DNA of 64,000 nt from Lama glama (taxonomy: Eukaryota): NCBI GenBank assembly GCA_028534125.1, contig CM052816.1:75890001-75954000 (forward strand), given 5' to 3'. A model generated the notes under the pieces. That model was not told the origin of the DNA and did no database searches. It saw only the letters and a list, made by a program, of their open reading frames with translations. The translations under genes were made by a program, and so were the position numbers. Below, in pieces: positions 53,733 through 64,000 of this stretch (positions are counted from its first letter, which is position 1; each line of letters begins with the position of its first letter).

Positions 53733-55639
53733 TCTAAGCATCAGCTTAGAGTTTGCATCTGATGACCACTAAGGTTTTTGGGCTCTAAAATTCCAAGAGA
53801 TAAGAGATTGGGGAATCATATTTTGCTTAGTTCAAGATTCATCGCACATTTCAAATTATAACTTTAAACCTAAACAGCTTTAGGAGACAGTGGCTTCAAA
53901 GATTCATTTCTACTTGGAATTCATATTGCCTATTCTAAGATGAAAGTGTTGCAATACAGCCGAAAAACCCAGTTCAGTTTTTAGCACATGAAGAGGCTCT
54001 TGTGAAACTATGATTTGATGGTGTAAGTGAATATAAATAAAAAGCATGTGGATTGAGGTGTTTTTTTAAATACTCAAAAGCTTTTGAATGGTAATTAAGA
54101 ATTAGAATACCATATATAAAATTTAAATTTCTGTTTATTCAGTGTTAGATTACAATTTGGAGAAAATCTATGACATCAAAGGTTTTAAAAACTGAAACAA
54201 AATTTAAGAGAGATTGAATTTTCCACACTTCCCTTTAATCATCTCTGAAATCCCTCCCAGGTAGCAGCAAGATACTGATTTGTTAGGGCCTTTTCCCTTA
54301 ATATCCTTTAGGGAGTTCCTAACTCCTGTAAAAAAGTGATCTTTTTTCTTTTCCATCTGTCCTACAGGAATTTCTCAATTAGAAATGGAGATAAAGATTT
54401 TAAGGGACATTTTAGTGTAGCTGAAGCAGCACTATTTTCTCTTCTGGAATTTCAGTATGAAGCGATGAGCAGCTTGACTGATTTCAGATTGAATACACAC
54501 CCACTTGAGTAACTTCAGATCTTTTTATGTAGCGTTAAAAAAAAGTTCCTCTTCTTTTTCATCCTTATCTCTGTTGTAGAGCAGCAAAACCCAAATGCTA
54601 AGTCTTACTATCAGGCAGAGAGAGTCCTGATTTTCTCTTTCCCTTTAATTTGTATGTTTTACTTTGAGCAAGAAGGGAAGAGGGTGATTTTTCAAAAATG
54701 TACATGGGATTACCTAGTGGGTCCTTTGTGTGATTAAATGCCTAAGAAAGCTCATTGAGTTTGAAGTTCACTTTTTTTCCTTCTACCATCACTTCTTCTT
54801 TCGAGAGCATTTTAAATTAGGAAGTACCCTCATCTGATGTCTGCTCATTCCAACTACCACCCTTAGCTAATTTTAGTCTTTGTTAGAGTTTAAGACAAAC
54901 AACTTGGGAAATTCCATGTGATGCAAGATCCTAGCCTCTTAGAATTTTAGAGCTGGGTCAGATATGTTTTAGAGACTTACTTCATGACTATTATTGATTC
55001 GAACACAGAAGCCTGGAGTTCAGCGATTTGCTAAAGTCTGTGCTTCAAGTTCAAAGGAATTGGGTCAAGAGCTCAAATATGACTCCTTGGGCAGTTAGTA
55101 TTCTCTGTCCTGTGCCATCAGTGGATGTGTGGGTAAACTTTTACTTTCAAGAACATTCTTCATGAATAATCTTATTTTATTAAAAAAATTGTCACATAGT
55201 AATGACAGCATTGTAAGTTGATGGTTTTAATGAACTTCCTTAATGAATACATATGACTAATGCTATTGGTGAAGAAGTGTACAAGGAAATTATGTTCTGT
55301 AATATTTTCCCATTGCATTTAAAATATTACTCTAATTGCAAGTCTTTGAAATTCATGCATTAGATTATGCAGTTGAATTAGTTTGGGGTACTCTTCATAA
55401 AAAGAAACAAATATCATCTCATATTGAATTTAATTGAAATTAATTGAAATCTAATGTTTCAAAAAACCCCATAAAAAAACAAAAAATAATTCAGTCTCTT
55501 CAGAAAGATCTTAATGATAAGTGCTTCTTTATTTAATTTTTCAGGAGCAAGATAGAAAATGAGTAATACATGATGAAATACACAAAGTAGGAGTGAAATC
55601 AGTAACGTCAAGGGAGGCTGGACTGGAAGCTGGGTTAAG

Positions 55640-56175
55640 TCATTGGATGCAGTTGGTATCAAGAAATTATGTCAAGATTGCTTCAACTTTGGCCTTGGGT
55701 TTCATGACATTCCCCTTACTAGGTAGGAATGATTTTAGCAGCAAGAAAAAGAGAATATTAGAAGTGATGGAGGCTACTTAAATACTTTGCTTTCATAAAG
55801 TAAGTGGTCAGGAGGTCATTGGCTACTGGCATTCAAGGGCTTAGTGATGTCAGACTGCCATCTCTGTGATTCTCTTTCCCATATATTTGTCCTCTCATAA
55901 TTGTATGATAGATGCTGTAGTGCCAAACATCTTGTTCTTGTTCAAGGAGAATGGATGGCAACCCTTTAATTAAGAAAGGAGAACTTTCTTAGAAGCTTCC
56001 CCTGTAGACTTCCTTTTGTATCTTACCAGATAGGACTGGATCACATGGCCACCTCTAGTAGAAGAGGAGGTTGGGAAAGTGGGGAAAAGTGTGCCTTGGC
56101 TAAGGCCAATCATTATCCATTGCCTAATGTTAGAAGAAGGGAGTGAGTGATTGGATAGCGAGGAACTGAGTCTAC
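55640..56175 (-). mobile_element. Old MaLR LTR (MLT1J/K-like)
   Basis: ctttcttagaagcttccc...tagacttcc...ggactggatcacatggccacctctag...ggaggttgggaaagtg. Confidence 0.6.
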
Positions 56176-56419
56176 CTCACGTCTTGTAGCCCTCCGTTTT
56201 TGTTTCATTAGCTGGACCCAGGGACTTTCTGTTTCTGTTACTTACAGTCGTAAAGGCACTAACAGAATATGGATTTTTTTTTTTTGATGATGTAGGGAAG
56301 TGCTGAATGACCTCTTAAGGTGAAGGTGAATATTGTTGCAGATAATCTATGAAATTAATCTGTTAGTCTGTTGCTTAATGAATGATTACATCAGAGTGGT
56401 GTTCCTTTCTTCCTTACAG

Positions 56420-56688
56420 TGGTCCTCAAAGTCACGCATAATATTCTTCAGATGCTGTGATATTGTCAGTGCTTAGATCTTGGGATTCCCTGGCCCAGAA
56501 ATTGAGGAGAGACACAGGCTTTTCTGTGTCTGCCTTGCACGGGAAAATGGAACTGAGGGGCCTTTGGGGCAATGTTAAATCCCCTCTTCTGCCACTCATG
56601 CACCACTGTATGCAAGAATTTAGCTCAGAACAGGCAGAGCAAATGCTCAAAGCTCAGGGTGGCTCATATCAAGGCCCCCAGAAAAATG
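56420..56688 (+). other. Candidate internal/alternative exon (269 nt)
   Basis: Acceptor ttcctttcttccttacag| ending at 56419, branch-like cttaat near 56374, donor ATG|GTAAGT at 56688/56689; sequence does not look repeat-derived. Confidence 0.55.
56547..56688 (+). CDS. Hypothetical 47-codon N-terminal coding segment (phase 1), open to the splice donor
   Basis: AAAATGG strong Kozak context; MELRGLWGNVKSPLLPLMHHCMQEFSSEQAEQMLKAQGGSYQGPQKN; no recognised domain. Confidence 0.25.
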
Positions 56689-56916
56689 GTAAGTTATGCT
56701 TACAGTGTGTGTAGCATTTTCCAAACTCTGTTTCTGCTTCTTTTTTCTCTATATTAGACAGCTGTCTTACAACCAATGGAGCACTTTTGTGGCCTAGAGC
56801 TGATGTGTCTCCCTACAAAGGCTCATTCCCTATTTATGTTGTCTGATGTCCATAATCTGTTGAGTTTTCACAATTGGATCCATCATCAAAAGACGCACTA
56901 AACGTTGAGAGGGAAC

Positions 56917-57063
56917 ATTTTTTTTAAATTGACATACAGTCAGTTTACAATGTTGTGTCAATTTCTGATGTACAGCATAATGTTTCAGTCATATGCATAC
57001 ATACATATATTCATTTTCATATTCTTTTTCATTGTAGGTTACTACAAGATATTGAATATAGTT
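56917..57063 (-). mobile_element. Very short young L1 3' end
   Basis: cagtcagtttacaatgttgtgtcaatttctgatgtacagc...gatattgaatatagtt; flanked by ggaacat repeats. Confidence 0.88.
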
Positions 57064-57431
57064 AAAAAGGAACATCTTGTTTGACTAAAGTGATTCATAT
57101 TAAGCATAAAGGATTGACAGATTTAACCTCCTTATCAATATTTACATGTAAAAGCATTCCTTGAGCTTATATATTCCACTAGGTAAAGTAGTGGAAGAGA
57201 TAAGAAGAAGGGTAGGTCTGAAGGGACGAGGGCCAAAACTTCCTGGCTCATAATAAAGGTGAAGATTATAAATTTAAAGGAAGACTTACTGTCTCCTCTG
57301 TTCTTCCAACCTTGAGACTTCTCTTGGCCCCCCAGATTCCCCATGTCATCTCTCATACTACGTTTAGAAACATGTGATAGAATTTAGTCCTAGAGGTGAA
57401 ATTAAAAATCACGTAGCCCAAATGCTTCATG

Positions 57432-57740
57432 TTTTTTCTTTTGTAAATTGAGATACATCTGACATATAACATTATCTTAGTTTCAGTGGTACAACATAAT
57501 GATTTGATATTTGTATATATTACAGAATAATAACTACAGTAAGTCTAGTTATCCATCACCACGTACGGTTACAAAGATATCTTTCTTGCCCTGAGAATTT
57601 TTGAGATCTACTCTCTTAGCAACTTTAAAATATACAACACAGTGTTATTAACTATAGTCAGCATGCTGTGTATTACATCCTCACCATTTATTTATTTTAT
57701 AACTGGAAATTGTAACTTTTGATCACCTTCACCCATTTCA
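57432..57740 (-). mobile_element. L1MA9-like 3' end inserted in a MIR
   Basis: gagaatttttgagatctactctcttagcaacttt; MIR core ttccaaatgagaaagccaaggcccaga resumes after it. Confidence 0.85.
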
Positions 57741-59075
57741 GATACTTCATTTTCCAAATGAGAAAGCCAAGGCCCAGACTGATTTATTAATACTCTCAGG
57801 ATATATAACTCAGTGGCAGAAAAAAGAGATCAGGCTGTTTTGAATTTAGTTGCTTTAGATGTGACTTGACCTGAATTTTCTGAGAGTTCTGAATCACTGT
57901 CCATGTGACTATGCTTTCAATTATACTCATACAAATGTTTTTATAATTATAGGCAGGTAAAAATACTTCTCCATTTCTCCAGAAGTCAGGTCACTATTAT
58001 TATCCTCCCTTTGACAGCAATGCTGTGGTTTATATTAACAATTTCATTAAATCTCTGTTTTTAATATCGTTAAGACCTGGGGCTACTTAAGAAATGGTTA
58101 ATGAAGACGTATATAAAATGTAGTTAGATGAGTCCAGGGAAAGATGAGGTGAGAAGAGGGAGACTCAGGGAATCCCCTGGAACTTTGTGGAGACGTCAGA
58201 GCAGAAGCGAGAGCTATGAGGGATGCCATAGACTTAGTGACCCCACGTCAAAGCCCTGAATTAGAAGTCAGGAGATCTGGGTTTACCTTTGATGGGTAAC
58301 TTCACCTTCCTGAACCTTTATGCATCTTTCTATATCATGAGAGGGCTGGACTAGGTGATTTCAGTTGTTACCTGTGTTTTATGGCTAGAAGGGACTTGTC
58401 TAGGAAAAGAGGCCACCTTTGAAGTGACCTCTACCACCTGGAGCCGTGGCCAAGATAATGTAATATGTCTCAGTTCCAGGTATACCATTCCTTCACCTCA
58501 TCAGCTGAGAGAATGCACTGTGAATTTTGAACCTGCCTTGTGGTTCTCAGTGGAAGGTAGCAATGTTAGGCTCTAGGGTGAGTAGAAGTCCTTCTGGGTG
58601 TGAATGAGAGGGTGCTACGGGCTCCCACAGACAGGGTGGAACAATTCTTTACTGAGTCCAACCTGCGATAGCTATAGTAGCTCAAAAAATAGCTCCTTGA
58701 GACAATTTGAAGATAATGACATGCTAAGTTTGGATTCAGTAATAATGAGCATGAGTTCCCATCAGATGGCCATCAGAGTGACATCATGAGCTACTCAGTT
58801 GGTATTTGTTGATGGCACAAAAAAGACACATTAGACAATATTATAAAAATAGGGCTCCAAGATAGCTCAAGCAAAAGGAATGAGATCAGCCCCAAATGTG
58901 GACTATTTTCCAGAAATATTTTTCAATTGAGGGAGGGTCAAAAAAAAGATGCAATGACAGAAATAGTTGGTAGGTAAAATTTTGTGACCTGAATTTTCAA
59001 AAATAACGTCTGCATTTTAAATATTTCATCTTATTGTCAGTACAAGTTTCCAGGTTTTTTTTTATAGCAGCAGCT

Positions 59076-59163
59076 TTTATTTTTACATTTTATTTATTTT
59101 TTTAAATTAAAGTATTGTTGATTTACAATGTTGTGCTAGTTTCTGGTGGACAACAAAGTAATT

Positions 59164-59229
<66 letters not shown>

Positions 59230-59780
59230 TTCTTTTTCAGATTCTTTTCCATTGTAATTTATTATAAGATATTGAATATAGTTCCCTGTGCTATGCACTA
59301 TACAGTAGGACATAATTGTTTATCTGTTTTGTATTTCTATTNNNNNNNNNNNNNNNNNNNNNNNNNNNNNNNNNNNNNNNNNNNNNNNNNNNNNNNNNNN
59401 NNNNNNNNNNNNNNNNNNNNNNNNNNNNNNNNNNNNNNNNNATATATATATACACACATATATTCTTTTTCAGATTCTTTTCCATTGTAATTTATTATAA
59501 GATATTGAATATAGTTCCCTGTGCTATGCACTATACAGTAGGACATAATTGTTTATCTGTTTTGTATTTCTATTTTATTTGTTGTAATTTCTCCATTTTC
59601 CTTTTTTATTTTGCTAGTTTGTGCTCTCTCTTTTTTCTTCTTTGTGAGTTTTGCCAGAGGTTTGTAGATTTTGTTTATCTGTTTTATATATAGTAGTGTG
59701 TATCTACTAATCCCAAACTCCAAATTTATTTCTCCCTACCCTTTCCTCTTTGGTAGCCGTAAGTTTGTTTTCTATGTCCA
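59076..59780 (-). mobile_element. Young L1 3' end containing (CA)/(TA) microsatellite, 100-N gap (59342-59441) and a small internal insertion
   Basis: gttgatttacaatgttgtgctagtttctggtg...cagattcttttccatt...tttggtagccgtaagtttgttttctatgtc. Confidence 0.9.
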
Positions 59781-61113
59781 GATTTTTTGTTGTTGTTGTT
59801 GTTCAGAAAATATAGTAGCTGAAAAGATAGGATTATTTGTCCATGAAATTGAATATACACTGAATAAACAGACCTAAAAGATAACAAAATGCAGTAATAA
59901 TAGTTGGCTTCTTTGGTTCCTTTTGCTTCATAATGCGGTGAACTATGTCCAGGGAGACCAAACACGTTTTTCCCTCAAACGTGGTTTTGCCTCGGGCAGA
60001 CCCCATGCAGGGTGCTGAGGAAACGTCCTCCAATTTTAACTATATTAACCTCACAAATTTTTTGCTGGGAAGATAAAGGAAAATACATGAGCTCTAATGT
60101 GGAATAGATACAGTATCAGACTGTTGCCCAGAAGCTGAGGTTCCAGTTTGAGTTCTCCATACTGGCTCTGCAACTTTGGACAAACCCCTGAGTCTCCTGG
60201 GTCTCAAATTCTCATTTGGAAAATGACAGTTGGAATGAGTGAACTGTAAGTATTTTAAGGTTCCAACATTTTGTCTATGCATTCCAAAGTCCAGTGTTAG
60301 TGACATTTAAATTATAAATTAACGCCTGGTGCAGATTAGTTGCACGGATGCTGCCTCCGCTAATGTTATTAATACTGACAGCTAACAGATTGATTTCTTC
60401 TGTGGTGCCAGCTCTTTTCTGAAATTTATATGCATATCTCAGTTATTTTCACAGCAGCTGTGTGTGACAGGTGTTATTATCTCCATTTCATAGATGATGA
60501 AATTGAGCTAAAGATCAGGTAGTACGTAGTGAAGCTGAGGTTCAAATCCAGCTTGTCCGATCCCAAAGCTAATGCCTTACTCTGGATACTCTACAAGACA
60601 AAGCTGATACCTTTATGAATTTTGAGAGTATCTCCCTGGGATTGAATTTTAACATGCAGAATATAACTCTACACTAAACTGATTTCAACTAGGTATTTTT
60701 GTTAACTTAGATTATTTGTTTCTGGTTAAGAGAGAGGGTGATTCATACATTCTTTTGAGGAGTCTGCATGGGTAAAACCGTTTTTTTTTTTTTTAAATCA
60801 CATTTGATAGTTTGTAAGAGTTGGAGTGTTTCAGCTTGGTAGTCAGAGCTCACTCTCCCAGGAGATTGCCACCTCCCCCAGCCCAATTGGAGAAGCCTGA
60901 GTTCACAGGAGGTTTCCAGTGCTTAGTCAGATAGATTCATAGATAGACACATGAGAGTTTGGGAAATAAAAAACATATAAGCAACCATCATCATCCATAT
61001 GCATATGCATAATTGTGGAAGGGTAGATGTAATCTGTGTTGGCATGAAGGTTTATGATGTCAGTTCCCTGAACAAGGGTGGAGATCACTACTTCACTTTT
61101 GAGAAGTTGGGTG

Positions 61114-63928
61114 AATTTTTTTTCCCCTAGCTTTATTGGGTAAGGTATAATTGACAAATAGAAATTATATATTATATATTTTTAAGATATACAACTGGAT
61201 ATATGTTATGAAATGATCACCACAATCAAGCTAACTAACATATCAAACATCTTACATAGTTACTGTCTTTTTTTGGTACTTGTTTCTATGGTGAGAACAC
61301 ATTGTCTACCTTCGTGACAAATTTCAGTTATACAATACAGTATCATTACTTACATCACCATGCTGTATCTTAGATCTCCAGCACCTATTCATCTTACATA
61401 ACTGAAACCTTGTTCCTTGACTGACATTCTCCATTTCCCCCACCTCTCAGCCCCTGGCAACCACCATTCTACTTTGTGCTTCTATGAGTTTGACTCTTTT
61501 AGATTCTACATATAAATGAGATCATGTATATGTCTTTCTGTGTCTGGCTTATTTAACTTATTATAATGTTCTCTACATTCATACATGGTGAAAATGTCAG
61601 GATTTCTTTCATTTGTAAGGCTGAATTATATATATCTATATAATATATGTGTCAATGGACACTTAGGGGTTTCTATATCTTGGCTATTGTAAATAATGCT
61701 GCAAAAAACATTCACTTTCCATGTCTCTTCAAGATACTGATTTCATTTGCTTTGAATATATACCCAGAAGTGGGATTGCTGGATTACATGTTAGTTCTAT
61801 TTTTAATTTTTTGAGAAACTTCTTTACTATTTTCCCTAATGGCAGTACCATATTACATTCCCACTAACAATGTACAAGAGTTCCCTTTTCTCCACATCCT
61901 CATCAACGCTTGTTATGTTTTGTCTTCTTGATAACAGCCATCTTAACAGGTGTGAGGTGAGGTCTCATTGTGGTTTTGGTTTGTATTTCCCTCATGACTG
62001 GTGATGTTGAGCACCTTTTCGTATAACTGTTGGCCATTTATATGTTTTCTTTTGAAAAATGTCTATTCAGGTCCTTAGCACTTTTTAAATTGCATTACTT
62101 TTTCCCTATTGAGTTGTATAAATTCCTGATGTATTTTGGATATTAACCCCTTATTAGATATATGGTTTGCAAATATTTTCTCGCATTTTGTAGGTTGCCC
62201 TTTCACTCTGTTGACTGTTTCCTTTGCTGTGCAGAAGCTTTTTAATTTGATGTAGTCTCACTTGTCTATTTTTGCTTTTGTTGCCTATTTTTTTGACGTT
62301 ATATCCAAAAAATCATTGCCCAGACCACTGTCAAGAAGTTTTCCTCTATGTTTTATTCTAGAGATGTTATAGTTACAAGTCTTACATTTAAGTCTTTAAT
62401 CCATTTTGGGTTGATTTTTATGTGTGGAGTGAGATATGTGTTCAGTTTTATTCTTCTACAAGTGAATATCCAGTTCTCCCAATACTATTGATTGAAGAAG
62501 TGATCCTTTCCCCACAGTGTGTTCTTGGCACTCTTGTGGAGTATCAGTTGACCATTAATTAATTCATGCATTTATTTCTGGGCTCTCTATTCTGTTCCAT
62601 TAGTCCATATGTATGTTTTTATGCCAGTACCATAATGTTTTGATCACTTCAGCTTAGTAATATATTTTGAAACCAGAAAGTGGGATAACTCCAGCTCTGT
62701 TCCTCTTGCTTAAGATTGTATACTCTAAAGGGTCTGTGAATTTTAGGATTTTTTTTCTATTTCTATAAAGATTGCCTTTGTGATTTTGATAGGGATTACA
62801 TTGAATCTGTAGGTCACTTTGGGTATTACAGACACTTTAACAATTCAGTTCTTCCAATCTGTGAACATGGGATGTCTTTCGATTTATCTGTGTCTTCAGT
62901 TTCTTTCATCAATGTATCATGATGTTCCATATTCAAGTCTTTCAGCTCTTTGGTTAACTTTATTCCTAAGTATTTTATTCTTTTTCTTCCTGGTGTAAAT
63001 GGGATATTTTTTTCTTAATTTTCTTTTCAAATAGTTCATTGTTATATATAGAAGCATCACTAATTTTGTATGTTGATTTTCTATACTGCAACTTTAATGA
63101 ATTTATTAGCTCTAACACTTTTTCTGTTGTATTTTTAAAGTTTTCTACACATATACTCAGATCATCTGCAAATACAGATAAGTTTACTCTTCCTTCCAAT
63201 TTGAATGCTTTTTCTCTCTTTTCCCGTATAATTGCTTTGGCTAGGACTTCCACTACTATGTTGAATAAAGTGAAAAGAGTGGGTATACTTGCCTTTTATT
63301 GAATGTGAGACGAAAAATGCTTTTTCCTCCATCAGTTGTGATGTTAGCTATAGGCTTTTCATCTATGCTCTTTATTGTATAAAGTTCCTTCTATACCTCT
63401 TTTCTTGAATTTTTTTTCTACCATGATTAGATGTTGAATTTTGTCAAAATCTTTTGTGCATCTGTTTGAGGTGATCATGGGGTTTTTATCTTTCATTCTA
63501 TTAATGTGGTGTATCACTTCAAGTCATTTGCATATGTTGAATCATCCTTGCATCTTGGGGATAAATCCAACTTGGTCATGGCGTATGATCCTTTTACTAT
63601 GCTATTGAATTTGGTTTACCAGTGTTTTATTGAGGATTTTTGCATTTGTGTTCATGAGGGATATTGGCCTGTAGTTTTCTTTTCTTGTGATGTCTTTGAT
63701 TTTGGTATTAGAGTGATTTTGGCCTCATAAAATAAGTTTGGACATGTTTCTTTTTATCTTTTTCCTTTTTTGGAAGAGTTTGAGAAGGACTGGTATTAAT
63801 TCTTCTCTGAATGCTTGATAGAATTTACCCATGAAGCTATCTGGTCTGGGCTTTTCTTTTTGGGAGATTTTTGATTGCTAATTCAATCTCCTTGTTTGTT
63901 TTTGATCTATTCAACTTTCTATTTCTTC
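61114..63928 (-). mobile_element. L1 (L1MA-like) 3'UTR plus ORF2/RT, continuing past the window
   Basis: ORF 62975..63253 EVLAKAI...LSVFADDLSICVEN contains the L1 RT FADD motif. Confidence 0.95.
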
Positions 63929-64000
63929 TTTTTTAAATTAAGGAAATACATATATTTATTGAAGTATAGTCAGTTTACAATGTTGTGTTAATTTCCGGTG
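63929..64000 (-). mobile_element. Young L1 3' end nested in the older L1 (truncated by the window edge)
   Basis: tttattgaagtatagtcagtttacaatgttgtgttaatttccggtg. Confidence 0.88.

Noticed and set aside
59208..59575. Identical ~134-bp direct repeat either side of the 100-N gap
   Set aside because: Typical unmerged contig overlap next to a (TA)n microsatellite; an assembly artefact rather than biology.
1..64000. CRISPR array, operon or other prokaryotic/viral defence-type system
   Set aside because: No regularly spaced repeats with unique spacers and no gene-dense ORFs. The only RT, integrase and RNase H signals are decayed L1, L2 and ERV-L.

Overview
This is mammalian genomic DNA, very probably camelid, judged from two Vic-1-like tRNA-derived SINEs and young L1 3' ends of cetartiodactyl type. 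It is not a prokaryotic or phage locus: there is no CRISPR array, operon, rRNA or tRNA gene. The left half (~1-31.4 kb) is repeat-rich intergenic sequence. It holds L1, L2, MIR and MaLR/ERV LTRs, a decayed ERV-L provirus, and a 3'UTR-only EIF4G2 retrocopy sitting inside a composite insertion that splits an L2. At ~31.55-32.3 kb is a CpG-island promoter with a non-coding first exon ending at a consensus donor (TAG|GTGAGT, 31913/31914) on the + strand. The rest of the window looks like its long first intron, in which every recognisable L1 is antisense. That intron contains a candidate 269-nt cassette exon (56420-56688) with a strong-Kozak 47-codon ORF. The gene cannot be named securely; the architecture reminds me of FGGY, but this is unverified recall. 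Almost all ORF-track entries are spurious or repeat-derived. There are two assembly gaps, one with an artefactual flanking duplication. I found no convincing novel biological system. The most interesting signals are non-canonical templated or composite insertions and the candidate upstream coding exon. Repeat family names come from recalled consensus sequences, and boundaries are approximate unless target-site duplications (TSDs) are quoted.
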